The notes below the pieces were generated by a model. It saw only the letters and a list, made by a program, of their open reading frames with translations, was not told where the DNA came from and searched no databases. A stretch of 64,000 bases of DNA from an uncultured Thermoleophilia bacterium (lineage in GTDB: Bacteria > Actinomycetota > Thermoleophilia > Gaiellales > Gaiellaceae), in the NCBI GenBank assembly GCA_963779535.1, contig CAVZYP010000004.1, positions 207,101-271,100 on the forward strand, read 5' to 3'. Each line of letters starts with the position of its first letter. Position 1 is the first letter of the stretch. Both the position numbers and the translations under genes were made by a program. Below are positions 27,557 through 37,240 of this stretch, in pieces.

Positions 27557-30100
27557 ATGACGACGAACGAACTGCGCGAGGCCTTTCAGCGCTTCTACGA
27601 GGAGCGCGGTCACCTGCGTGTGCCCGGGCACTCGCTGATTCCGCCCGCCGAGGACCAGACGACCCTCTTCATCATCGCCGGGATGCAGCAGTTCAAGCCG
27701 TATTTCCTGCGGACCAGCGAGCCGCCGAGCGAGCGTGTCGTCAGCGTCCAGCCCTGCCTGCGCGCCGGCGGCAAGGACAACGACCTCGACGAGGTCGGGC
27801 GCACCGAACGGCACTGCTCCTTCTTCGAGATGATGGGCAACTTCTCGTTCGGCGACTACTACAAGGACGAGGCGATCGACTTCGCGTGGGACTGGGTCAC
27901 CGAGGTGCTCGGGCTCGAGCCCGAGCGGCTCTGGGCGACCGTCCACGAGGGGGACCCGCTGCTCGAACTGGAGGAGGACACCGTCGCGATCGAGGCGTGG
28001 CAGCGCGTCGGCATTCCGCCCGAGCGCATCGTCCGGCTCGGAAAGGACAACTTCTGGCAGGCCGGCGAGACGGGACCGTGCGGGCAGTGCACCGAGATCT
28101 TCTACGACCGCGGCGAGGCCTATGCCTGCGGCGACCCGAACTGCGGGCCGGGCCATTGCGACCGGATCATGGAGATCTACAACCTGGTCTTCATGGCGTA
28201 CGACCTGCAGCCCGGCAACCTGCTCGTGCACCTCCCGACGCCGAATGTCGACACCGGCAACGGCATCGAGCGGACTGCCTGCGTGCTCCAGGGCGTCAGC
28301 TCCGTCTTCGACACCGACGGATTCCAGGTGATCATGGACTGGATCGAGCGCGAGTCGGGAGTCGCCTACAACGACAGCGAGGTCTCGCAGCGCGCGCATC
28401 GCGTGCTCGCCGATCACGGCCGCGCTGTCACGTTCCTGATCGCCGAAGGCATCGAGCCGTCGAACGAGGGGCGCGGCTACATCTGCCGCCGTCTGCTGCG
28501 GCGTGCGATCTACCAGGCCAAGCGCATCGGCCTGGAGGGCGTCCACCGCCTGCCCGCGGTGGTCGTCGAGCAGATGGGCGACGCCTACCCGATGCTGCGC
28601 GAGCACGCAGGTCAGATCGAGCGGATCGTGCGTGCTGAGGAGGAGAAGTTCTCCGAGACGCTTGCGCGCGGCATGAAGGTGTTCGAAGACCTGGCGGGCC
28701 AGGAGGCGATCACCGCCGACGACGCATTCGTCCTCGTCGCCACGTACGGCTTCCCGATCGAGCTGGCGCAGGAGCTCGCCGAGGAGCGGGGACAGGCCCT
28801 CGATATGGACGGCTTCCGTGACCTGATGGAGGAGCACCGCGAGGTCTCGCGCGGCGGGGGCGACGACTCGACGCAGCAGATCGCGGCGCAGCTCGTGGGG
28901 CCGGGCAAGCGTGCAACCGAGTTCGTCGGCTACGCCAAGATCGACGTGCTCACCGCGGTGATCGATACGGCCCCGGCGAGCGGGACCCGTCAGTTCGTGA
29001 AGCTCGAGCAGAGCCCGTTCTACGCCGCGGGCGGTGGGCAGGTGAGCGACCGCGGGTACCTCGTCGTCGACGGGGAAACGGACAAGCTGGACGTCGTCGA
29101 CGTCCTGAAGTTCGGCGACGACCAGGTGCTCGTCGTCGACTTCGCGCCGCGTCTCGAGATGCTCACCCCAGGCACGCGTGTCCAGGCGGTCGTGAACTGG
29201 GGCGACCGCTTCCCGACCCAGGCGAACCACACGGCGACTCATCTGCTGCACCAGGCGCTGCGCGACGTGCTCGGCGACCATGTGAAGCAGGCGGGCTCCG
29301 CCGTCCGGCCCGACAAGCTGCGCTTCGACTTCACGCACGAGCAGGCGTTGACGCCGGAGGAGCGCGACCGGGTCGAGCGCATCGTCAACGACCGGATCTT
29401 CGAGGCGATCCCGGTGCGCACGTACGTGACCCCGATCGAGGAGGCCCGCAAGCTCGGGGCGATGATGCTGTTCGGTGAGAAGTACGGCGACGAGGTGCGC
29501 GTCGTGGAGATCGGCGACTACTCGGCGGAGCTCTGCGGCGGCACGCACGTCCGGTCGACGGCGGAGATCGGCTCGTTCCGGATCATCGGCGAAGGCTCCG
29601 TCGGCTCGGGAGCCCGCCGCATCGAGGCGGTCACGTCGGGCGAGGCGTGGACGCTGCTGGAGGGCCGCTCGCGGGAGCTCGACGACGTTCGCGGAGAGCT
29701 CGAGGAGCTCAGGCGTGCTGCGAAGAAGCCGAAGCAGGCCGAGGCCGAGACCGGGGCGAACATCCTGTGGCAGGACAAGCAAGGGAAGGTCTTCGTGGCG
29801 GAGGTGGAGGGTGCCCGTGGTAGTGCCTTGCGTGACCTGTCCGACCAGCTCCGCCAGCGCGAGGGAGCCGACGCAGTCGTGCTCGCCTCGGCAGACGACG
29901 GGAAGGTCGCGCTCGTCGTGAATCTCGACAAGTCGCTCACCGCCATCGACGCGGTGGCGATCGTCCGCGAGCTCGGTCCGCTGATCGGCGGCGGAGGGGG
30001 CGGCCGCCCCACGCTGGCCGAAGCGGGCGGCAAGAACGTCGAAGGCATCCGCGATGCTCTCGCAGCGGGCCGCGACCGGCTCACCGCCGCGCTCGCGTGA
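27557..30100 (+). CDS. alaS: Alanine--tRNA ligase
   Basis: ATG 27557 within ORF 27308..30100. Motifs FIIAGMQQFKPYF, RAGGKDNDLDEVGRTERHCSFFEMMGNFSFGDY, editing-domain HTATHLLH and CGGTHV. Confidence 0.95.
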   Translation: MTTNELREAFQRFYEERGHLRVPGHSLIPPAEDQTTLFIIAGMQQFKPYFLRTSEPPSERVVSVQPCLRAGGKDNDLDEVGRTERHCSFFEMMGNFSFGDYYKDEAIDFAWDWVTEVLGLEPERLWATVHEGDPLLELEEDTVAIEAWQRVGIPPERIVRLGKDNFWQAGETGPCGQCTEIFYDRGEAYACGDPNCGPGHCDRIMEIYNLVFMAYDLQPGNLLVHLPTPNVDTGNGIERTACVLQGVSSVFDTDGFQVIMDWIERESGVAYNDSEVSQRAHRVLADHGRAVTFLIAEGIEPSNEGRGYICRRLLRRAIYQAKRIGLEGVHRLPAVVVEQMGDAYPMLREHAGQIERIVRAEEEKFSETLARGMKVFEDLAGQEAITADDAFVLVATYGFPIELAQELAEERGQALDMDGFRDLMEEHREVSRGGGDDSTQQIAAQLVGPGKRATEFVGYAKIDVLTAVIDTAPASGTRQFVKLEQSPFYAAGGGQVSDRGYLVVDGETDKLDVVDVLKFGDDQVLVVDFAPRLEMLTPGTRVQAVVNWGDRFPTQANHTATHLLHQALRDVLGDHVKQAGSAVRPDKLRFDFTHEQALTPEERDRVERIVNDRIFEAIPVRTYVTPIEEARKLGAMMLFGEKYGDEVRVVEIGDYSAELCGGTHVRSTAEIGSFRIIGEGSVGSGARRIEAVTSGEAWTLLEGRSRELDDVRGELEELRRAAKKPKQAEAETGANILWQDKQGKVFVAEVEGARGSALRDLSDQLRQREGADAVVLASADDGKVALVVNLDKSLTAIDAVAIVRELGPLIGGGGGGRPTLAEAGGKNVEGIRDALAAGRDRLTAALA

Positions 30101-30474
30101 CGAAGGTAGTCGCGCTCGATTTCGGCTCCGCCCGCACCGGCGTCGCCGTGTCGGACCCGACCGGCACGGTCGCTCGCCCCGTCACGACGGTGGAGCGGGC
30201 CGCATCCGATGTCGGGTTTGCGAACCTCCTCGCCGTGATTGCCGCCGAGGAGCCCGACGAGGTCGTGGTCGGCATGCCGCTGACGCTCCGCGGCGAGCAC
30301 GGCGAACAGGCCCGTGAGACGGCCGAGTTCGTCGAGCGCCTCCGGGGCGCGATTGCGACCCCGGTCGAGACCTACGACGAGCGGTTCACGTCCGTGCTGG
30401 CGGGCGGCGACGATGCCCGCGCGGCCGCACACCTCCTGTCGAGCTATCTCGAATGGCAGAGCGGCCGGCCCTGA
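30097..30474 (+). CDS. ruvX: Holliday junction resolvase-like protein RuvX (YqgF)
   Basis: 125-aa ORF. ALDFGSARTGVAVSD and VVGMPL motifs. GTGA overlap with alaS. Confidence 0.88.
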   Translation: MTKVVALDFGSARTGVAVSDPTGTVARPVTTVERAASDVGFANLLAVIAAEEPDEVVVGMPLTLRGEHGEQARETAEFVERLRGAIATPVETYDERFTSVLAGGDDARAAAHLLSSYLEWQSGRP

Positions 30475-31364
30475 GCACGGGGCGAGGTCCGAGCGGGCCT
30501 TCGCGTGAGCAGATCCGCCGTCGTCGCCTCGTCGCGTTGACGGCGAGCATCGGCGCCGTCATCGCCGTCGTGGTCGCGGTCGTCGTCGCCTTCCCACACG
30601 TGCACCACTCACCGGCGCCGAAGCCGGTGGTGATCGCCCCGCCGAAGCCCTTCCGGATCGTCTTCCCCGAGGGCTTCACGCGCACGCAGATGGCCGTCCG
30701 AGTGCACGATGTCGCAGCGATCGCGCGGCGCAAGAGCGACAAGCCGGTCAAACTGAACGCCGTCCGCTATCTCGCCGCTTCGCGCCACGCGTCGATTCCC
30801 TGCTTTCGTCCCCGGGCGCAGGGGAATCTCGAAGGATTTCTCTTCCCCGCGACCTACGACTTCCTGAATTCGACGACGAACGCCCAACTCGTTCGCGACC
30901 AGTTGGTCGCGTTCTGCGAGAACTGGGCACACGTGAACCTCACCTATGCGCATTCGAAGAACCTCACCGACTACGACGTGCTCGTGATCGCGTCGATGAT
31001 CGAGAAGGAGACGGTCGTGCCTGCCGAACGCAAGCTCGTGTCCGCCGTCATCTACAACCGGCTGCACGCGGGCATGCCGCTCGGGATCGACGCGACGCTC
31101 CGCTACGGGCTGCACATCCCACCGACGCAGTCGATTCTCGAGTCGCAGCTCCAGAGCGACAGCCCCTACAACACCCGCAAGACCACCCGGCTCCCCCCGA
31201 CGCCGATTGCGAACCCGGGGCTGGCCTCGATCGAAGCGGCGGCGCATCCTGCGCATGTCGACTACCTCTACTTCGTGCGCAAGCCCGACAAGATCCACCA
31301 GTTCTTCACGGCGAGCGCGTCGGCGTTCGCGCAGTACGAATGCGCCCACGGGTACGGCTGTTGA
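30453..31364 (+). CDS. mltG: Endolytic murein transglycosylase MltG (YceG-like)
   Basis: 303-aa ORF. N-terminal TM, then LEGFLFPATYDF, IASMIEKE and SPYNTRKTTRLPPTPIANPG. Confidence 0.88.
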   Translation: MAERPALSTGRGPSGPSREQIRRRRLVALTASIGAVIAVVVAVVVAFPHVHHSPAPKPVVIAPPKPFRIVFPEGFTRTQMAVRVHDVAAIARRKSDKPVKLNAVRYLAASRHASIPCFRPRAQGNLEGFLFPATYDFLNSTTNAQLVRDQLVAFCENWAHVNLTYAHSKNLTDYDVLVIASMIEKETVVPAERKLVSAVIYNRLHAGMPLGIDATLRYGLHIPPTQSILESQLQSDSPYNTRKTTRLPPTPIANPGLASIEAAAHPAHVDYLYFVRKPDKIHQFFTASASAFAQYECAHGYGC

Positions 31365-32029
31365 ACCACGTCGCGCTCCTCGGGAGCCCCGTCGCGCACT
31401 CGCTGTCACCACGGATGCAGAACGCTGCATTCGCCGTGTGCGGGCTCGACTGGGACTACGCCGCGTTCGATGTCGTTGATCCGGTCGCCGCGGTCGGGGC
31501 GCTGCAGACACTCGGCTACGCGGGGGCCAACGTGACGATCCCGCACAAGCGGGCCGTCGTCGCAGCATGCGACGAAGCGGACGGCGACGCCGTCAACACG
31601 ATCGTCTTCCGGGCAGGACGGGTTCTGGGCTTCAACACCGACCGAGAGATCCTCGCGGGCGTCGACGCGAGCCGTGCGTGCCTGATCGGCGCCGGGGGCG
31701 CCGCTCTCGCGCTGCTGCCCGCCCTGCCCGAGGACACGCGCGTCTTCACTCGTTCTGGTGCGTGGCCGCCCGACGCGACGGACTGTGACCTCATCGTCAA
31801 TGCGACCCCCGAGCGGCAGGTGCTGCTCGTCGAGCCGCGGGCGGGGCAGACCGTGGTCGACCTCGCCTACGGCGACGAGGAGACCGCGCTCGTCACCGCG
31901 GGACGAGCCGCCGGCTGCATCGTGATCGACGGGCGCGAGGCGCTCGTCCGGCAGGGCGCCGCAAGCTTTCGCCTCTGGACCGGTCTCGAGCCGCCGGTCG
32001 CTGCGATGCGGGCGGCGATCAGGCCCTAG
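31340..32029 (+). CDS. aroE: Shikimate dehydrogenase (short form)
   Basis: 229-aa ORF. Motifs GSPVAHSLSPRMQNAAF, NVTIPHK, NTD and GAGGAA. An alternative TTG start at 31361 would overlap the mltG stop. Confidence 0.82.
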   Translation: MRPRVRLLNHVALLGSPVAHSLSPRMQNAAFAVCGLDWDYAAFDVVDPVAAVGALQTLGYAGANVTIPHKRAVVAACDEADGDAVNTIVFRAGRVLGFNTDREILAGVDASRACLIGAGGAALALLPALPEDTRVFTRSGAWPPDATDCDLIVNATPERQVLLVEPRAGQTVVDLAYGDEETALVTAGRAAGCIVIDGREALVRQGAASFRLWTGLEPPVAAMRAAIRP

Positions 32030-33092
32030 CCCACACCGCGAGCCCGGCCGCCGCTGCGAGGAGCAGCCCGGCGGCCACCAGGATGGTGGTCGTCCAGTCG
32101 CGGCCGCTCGGCGCCGGTTGCGCTGCCACGGCCACTCGATGTGGGGTGGCGGTGCTGTAGGTGTACACCGTCGTCGAGGGTCCTGCGGGGTCGGGGTTTC
32201 CGAGGAAGCGCTCGAACTGGCGCAGTCGCGCCACGGTCAACGCGAGCGTCGTGGCGCGCGCGAGCACCCGGCGCCCGGACAGCCCGCTGAGCGCCTCGGC
32301 GGCGGGAAGCTGCGGCTCGACCGACACGGCGATCTTCCCGCGCCTCGGCACCGTGAACCGTCCGAGCACCCGTGCGTGAATGCGCCGCCCGCCGACCGTG
32401 CCGCGGATGAGGAGCGGCACCACCACGCGAACTCGCGTCGCGTGGGCTGCGCTCGTGAGGGTCGCCGTCCCTTCCGGGAGAGGCAGATCGAGCAGAGCTG
32501 CCCGGCGGAGCTGTCTCAGGTAGCGCAGGAGGGGTGCGGGATCGGCATCGGCGGTGAACGCGGCGACCGTCGCGGCGGTCGTGTTGACGAACGTCGTGGT
32601 GCCGTTGCGTACCTCGATGCGCAGTGGGAGCGCTGCCGCAGCCGGCCCGAGGACGAGCCTCGCGCGCGACCCCAACCTGCGCCGGAGCGGGTTGAAGCCC
32701 TCCCAGAGGATCGAGGTGCTGCGGAGCCCGGGTGTCGCGTCGGACCCGGGCAGCGCCTCCACGCCGAGAAGCGACGCGCCGATCGTCAGGTAGTAGTCGC
32801 CCTTGGTGCGTACCACCAGCCTCTGATCGGCCGTGACGGCGAACGGCGCGCCGCTCCGGAGGATCGAGACGTGCACCCGGATGTCCGAACGGATCCGGTG
32901 CGTCACGCTCTCCCCGGACGAGGTTGCGATCCCGAGCGGAGGCGACGGCGTGAGTGGAGCGACGGGCGACGGCAGCGCCACTGTGGGCGCTGCGGCGGCG
33001 GGCGCAGCCAGGACAAGTCCGGCGGCGCCGGCCGCGAGCGCGAACCTCAGGCTGGGCGGATGGTGATCGTGACGTCGGTCCGGTCCTTGCAC
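32019..33092 (-). CDS. Hypothetical secreted protein with N-terminal signal peptide and C-terminal TM anchor
   Basis: 357-aa ORF. LRFALAAGAAGLVLAAPAAAAP at the N-terminus and TTTILVAAGLLLAAAAGLAVWARA at the C-terminus. No family recognised. Its stop overlaps the aroE 3' end by 11 nt (convergent). Confidence 0.5.
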   Translation of the reverse strand: MQGPDRRHDHHPPSLRFALAAGAAGLVLAAPAAAAPTVALPSPVAPLTPSPPLGIATSSGESVTHRIRSDIRVHVSILRSGAPFAVTADQRLVVRTKGDYYLTIGASLLGVEALPGSDATPGLRSTSILWEGFNPLRRRLGSRARLVLGPAAAALPLRIEVRNGTTTFVNTTAATVAAFTADADPAPLLRYLRQLRRAALLDLPLPEGTATLTSAAHATRVRVVVPLLIRGTVGGRRIHARVLGRFTVPRRGKIAVSVEPQLPAAEALSGLSGRRVLARATTLALTVARLRQFERFLGNPDPAGPSTTVYTYSTATPHRVAVAAQPAPSGRDWTTTILVAAGLLLAAAAGLAVWARA

Positions 33093-33466
33093 GTCTGGAG
33101 CAGTTTGACCTGCCCGCTGTTGCCGGAACCGGTGAAGTTCACCTCGGAGTCCGCGGCGTCCTGCTCCTCGTGCGTGACCGTGTAGCCGGGAGCGTTCTGC
33201 ACGGCGGATACGTAGGCATCGTGCGCCGGGCCGATCGTGACCGGGAGATACCCCGACGCGATCGTCGACGGGCCGTCCTTCTCGACTCCGGTGTAGGTGA
33301 TTCCCTCTGCGTCCGGGAAGTTCCCCGGGAGCGTCGGTGCGGTCGCCATCGCAGCCGGGGCCGGCGGGCAGGACTTGCTGAGCCCTTCCTTGTCCTTGTC
33401 GTCGTCCCCGCAGGCGGCGAGGGCGAGCACGAGCGAAGCGAGTGGGATCAGTATGAGCTTCTTCAT
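33047..33466 (-). CDS. Hypothetical lipoprotein
   Basis: ATG 33466 overlaps the stop of the upstream binding-protein gene (ATGA). Lipobox LALAAC. 139 aa. It forms the tail of composite ORF 33047..34687. Confidence 0.6.
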   Translation of the reverse strand: MKKLILIPLASLVLALAACGDDDKDKEGLSKSCPPAPAAMATAPTLPGNFPDAEGITYTGVEKDGPSTIASGYLPVTIGPAHDAYVSAVQNAPGYTVTHEEQDAADSEVNFTGSGNSGQVKLLQTCKDRTDVTITIRPA

Positions 33467-34687
33467 CTGGTCTGCGGGATCCTCGGCAAGGTTGCTGACA
33501 AAGGGTCGTCCTTCACGGGCGCATACGTCATGTCCCGGAAGCGCGCGAAATATACGTCGTCGTCGACGACGCCGTCGTGGCTCGACCTTGTTGAACGACC
33601 GCTCGTCGCCGTTCGCGCCTTCGATGGTGACCTCCTCGAGCGCGGTCGCGATCTTTCGCGGATCGGTGGAGCCCGCCTTGACGACGGCAGCGGCGAGCAG
33701 GTTGACGAAGTCGTAGGCATACATCCCCGTTTCCGGCGGCTGGATCACCTGACGCCCCTCGCGCGTCTTCACACCGACGCGGTCGACGCCGTAGGCCGCC
33801 TCGTATTTCCGTTCGAACGTCTCGAAGGGGCCGGGGCCGACCTCTGCTGTGAGCCGGCCGCCCGCGAAGGTGAGCCCGTCGACCCAGGATGGGTGATCGG
33901 CCAGTTGCTGGCGGACGAACGGGTCGTCCCCGGCCGGCGGGGTGAAGAACGGCACGTTCCAGCCGGCTGTGCGCGCCGCCGTGATCGCGGCCGCGATCGT
34001 GGCCGGCTGCCCCCACACGATGAGGGCGGTCGCACCGGCGCGGCGGGCGCGCACGATCTGCGGGGCGAGGTCGACTGCGTCGGCCGGCAGGGTCTCGTCG
34101 AGCGCGACCGACGATGCGTTCTCGGAGAACGCCTCGTGCAGCGCTTCGCCCCCGGCCGCGCCGTAGTCGGAGTCATCGTGGAGCAGCCCGATCTTCAGCC
34201 CCTTCGGGATCAGGTACTCGGCCAGCCGGAACGCAATTCCGTGGTCGGTGGGCGCGATCCGAAAGACGTTCGGCCGCGTCGCCGGGTTGACCTGCTCCTT
34301 GCCTCCCTGGAAGACGATGCCGATCGGCATCCCGTTCGCGACACGCCACGACGCGTCGATGCCCGTTCCTTCGTCGACGACGGCGATTGCATGCTCGTTC
34401 GCGGCGCTCCGCACATTGGCGAGTGCTCGAGCAGGCGAGAGCGCCGAGTCCTTCGTCTGCACCTTCAGGTCGTAGGTGGTGCCGTCGACGCGCAGGCCGC
34501 TCGCGTTCACCTCGCTCGCCGCCAGCCGGGCGCCGTTCTCGATCGTCTGCCCGAGGTAGGGCGTGCGCGAAAACGGTGCGTTGACGACGACGAGCAGCTG
34601 CTTGCGGGGACTGCTCTGCGACGAGCTGCCGCAGCCTGCGAGCAGCGCGGCCAGCGCCAGCAGAGGGAGCGCGAGCCTGCGGCTCAC
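33463..34687 (-). CDS. Branched-chain amino acid (Liv-type) ABC transporter substrate-binding lipoprotein; one extra base near 33575-33587 as sequenced
   Basis: GTG 34687 with lipobox LLAGCGSS and a type I periplasmic-binding fold pattern. After ...ERSFNKV the frame changes to HDGVVDDDVYFARFRDMTYAPVKDD...-stop at 33463. Deleting one g in gtcgagccac restores the frame. Confidence 0.8.
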
Positions 34688-36319
34688 AGCCGGCCCGCTT
34701 CGAGGACGAGCACCTGATCTGCGATTCGCCGCACGAGCCCCAGATTGTGCTCGACGACGAGCAGGGCCAATCCCTCAGCTCGCAGAGAGCTGAGGAGATC
34801 GGCGATCCGGTCGGCCTCGAGGTGCGATGCGCCCGCGGTCGGTTCGTCGACGAGGAGGACCGAGGCGCCGGTCGCGTAGGCCGTCGCGAGCATCAACGCC
34901 CGCTGATCGGAGACGGGCAGCTCGCCCGCCGGTGTGTCGCGTGGAAGCTGGAAGCGATCGAGCACATCCTCCGCCCAGGCCACGAATCCGGCATCCTCGG
35001 CCCGCATCTGCGGCGTGGCGAACAGCGAACGCGTCAGACCACCGCGGCGACGGCGGGGCGCGGAGGCAGTGAGGAGGTGCTCGAGCGGCGTCTGCGACGA
35101 GAAGACGGCGGTCGCCTGCAGCGTCCGGACGGCCGCGCCGCGGCCGACGTCGATTCGACCCGAATCCGGCGTCAGCCGGCCGGCGAGCATTCGAAGGACC
35201 GTCGTCTTGCCGGAGCCGTTCGGGCCGACGAGAGCGGTGATCCGCCCTGGCTCCACGTCGAGGTCGATGTTCTCGGCCGCCGTGACGTCGCCGTACCGCT
35301 TGGTGAGCCCACGCGCCTCGAGGCCCGACGTCGGACCTCGGTCGGGACTCGAGCCGGCCGTCGGAACGGCGCATGCGCGCGCCCGGACGCAGAATGCCGT
35401 CCCAGCCGAGCGAGATGACGCCGAGCAGCATGATCGCCGCGAGGAGCGTGTGCGAACGCGCGGCGGCGACGTCTTCGAGCGAGCCGATCGCGCCGGCGGC
35501 CAGCGACAGCACGCCGAGCACGAGCTCGCCGACCACGCCCCCGAGAGCGGATAGCGGCCCGCCGATCAGGACGACGACGAAGAGCTTGAAGGAGAGGAAG
35601 GGGCTGAACGAGCCGGGATCTCCCACCCCGGCGAGGTGCACGGCGAGCGCTCCGGCGAGGCCGGCAACGGTGCCCGACACGCCGAGCGCCTTGATCCGCA
35701 GGCGCACGACCGGAACCTGCAGTGCTGCCGCTGCGGGCTCGCGCTCGCGAGCAGCGGCGAGCTGCAGCCCGAGCGGCGCGCGAGCAAGTGCTGCGTAGAC
35801 GACGACCGCCAGAAACGTGAGCAGGAGCCCGAGCTCGTAGTGCTCGGAAGGTGACGGGCCTCCGGCGACCACGATCCCCTCGGTCCCGCCGAGCGGCCAC
35901 CGGAACGACTGCAGGCCGAAGGCGACGAGCCACGAGACGATCCAGGTCGCGACCGCGAACCCGGCCAGGGGCAGGCGCGCGAACGCGATCCCGACCACCA
36001 GCGCGGCGAGACCACCGGCCACCGCACCGGCCGTGGCCCCGAGTGCGGTCGAGCCGAGGTGCGCCGCCGTCACGGCCCCGATCGCCATGAACGCCCCCTG
36101 TGCGAGCAGCGGCAGGCCCGCGACGCCGACACTGAAGGCGAGACCGACCGCGGCGGCCGCGAGGTAGAGGCCACCTGCCAGGTCGGCGACGCGCGATTCG
36201 CCGACGAAGAGCGGCGCGAACGCTGCGAGGCCGAACGCGACGGCGACGAATGTCGTGAGCGGCCGCCAGGCGTCGCGTACGTCGCGAACCGCGTCGCCGA
36301 TCGCGCTGCGCGTCGTCAC
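34684..36319 (-). CDS. Liv-type ABC transporter permease (LivM-like) fused to an ATP-binding domain (LivG-like); one extra base in ~35320-35375 as sequenced
   Basis: GTG 36319 overlaps the livH-like stop (GTGA). Multi-TM region runs up to ...MLLGVISLGWDGILRPG. ATPase part: LEARGLTKRYGDVTAAENIDLDVEPGRITALVGPNGSGKTT...LLVDEPTAG...VVEHNL. All three minus-strand frames stay open across 35256-35440, so there is no stop to separate permease and ATPase. Confidence 0.7.
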
Positions 36320-37215
36320 TCGGCCGGCTCGGGTGTCGAGCGTGCCCGCCAGGCGAGCAGCGCGAGCCCGATCGCGAGCGGCAGAACGTCGCGACCTGCG
36401 GCCGCACCGCTCCAGTGCGCCGATGCGACCGCCGCCTGGACGAGGCCGAGGATCACGCCGGCGACGAATGCCCGGCGCGGCTCGAACCACACGACGACCG
36501 CTGCCAGGAGGCCGTAGAGACCGAGACGCGCGGCCGTGTCGACGTTGAACGCGCCCGAGGGCGCAGCGAGAATCGCCGCGAGGCCGGCCCAGGCTCCGGC
36601 CAGGGCGAACGCGAGGCCCACGAGGCGGGCCACCGGCAGCCCGACGAGGACGGCGGCATCGAAGTCCTGGGCGATCGCCTCGAGGGCGCGGCCGAAGCGC
36701 GTGCGCTGCAGCACGACGGCTCCGAGCGCGGCGAGCGCAACGGCGACGCCCGCCACCACGAGCGAGCGCTGCTGGATCGTGGCACCTGCGATGTGCCAGA
36801 CCCCGAACGGCAGTGGATCCGGGAAGACATAGGCGGGACGGTCGAAGAAGACGAGCAGGAGCGTCCGCACCGCGAAGGCGACCGCGAGCGAAGCGCCGAC
36901 CCAGCCGATCACCGAGCCGCGCGCCCGGTACGGCTCGATCGCGAGGAAGTACGACCCGGCGCTCGCCGCCGCCGTCACCACGAGCCCGACGACGAGCGCC
37001 AGCAGAAACCGGCCGCCGCCGACGCTCGTCTGCGAGATCGGTCCGGAACCTGCCGCCACGAGCAACGTGACGAAGACGCCGAGCGCGATCAGCTCCCCGA
37101 AAGCGAAGTTGACGACGCCGGTCAGGCGGAAGACGACCGACTGTCCGGCCGCCACCAAGCCATAGACGGCGCCTGCGGCAAATCCGCTGGCGAGGATCTG
37201 GAGCGAGACGGCCAC
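36316..37215 (-). CDS. Liv-type ABC transporter permease (LivH-like)
   Basis: ORF 36316..37242. Motif VAVSLQILASGFAAGAVYGLVAAGQSVVFRLTGVVNFAFGE. Start placed at GTG 37215, which has a -10-like box 8 nt upstream; ATG 37242 is the alternative. Confidence 0.8.
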   Translation of the reverse strand: MAVSLQILASGFAAGAVYGLVAAGQSVVFRLTGVVNFAFGELIALGVFVTLLVAAGSGPISQTSVGGGRFLLALVVGLVVTAAASAGSYFLAIEPYRARGSVIGWVGASLAVAFAVRTLLLVFFDRPAYVFPDPLPFGVWHIAGATIQQRSLVVAGVAVALAALGAVVLQRTRFGRALEAIAQDFDAAVLVGLPVARLVGLAFALAGAWAGLAAILAAPSGAFNVDTAARLGLYGLLAAVVVWFEPRRAFVAGVILGLVQAAVASAHWSGAAAGRDVLPLAIGLALLAWRARSTPEPAE

Positions 37216-37223
37216 GACGTCGC

Positions 37224-37229
37224 ACTCTA
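37224..37229 (-). promoter_or_regulatory. -10-like hexamer TAGAGT (minus strand), 8 nt before GTG 37215
   Basis: Reverse complement of actcta. Shares bases 37228-37229 with the plus-strand box. Confidence 0.4.
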
Positions 37230-37233
37230 GGCT
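37228..37233 (+). promoter_or_regulatory. -10-like hexamer TAGGCT, 7 nt before ATG 37241
   Basis: Lies in the 25-nt gap between divergent start codons. Confidence 0.45.
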
Positions 37234-37240
37234 TCGCCCC

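Noticed and set aside
19400-27560. T-box or other leader riboswitches upstream of hisS, aspS and alaS
   Set aside because: hisS starts 2 nt after the preceding gene and aspS overlaps hisS. The alaS spacer is only 100 nt, with a -10-like box 14 nt from the ATG. There is no room for a T-box leader, and I saw no specifier-loop/T-box sequence.
27443-29782. 779-aa minus-strand ORF
   Set aside because: Antisense to alaS, with no recognisable motifs. Same GC artefact.
33540-33575. Run of eight Arg codons (RRRRRRRR) suggesting a low-complexity insert or repeat
   Set aside because: It comes from reading the GAC-rich stretch encoding VVDDDV out of frame after the extra base at ~33583.
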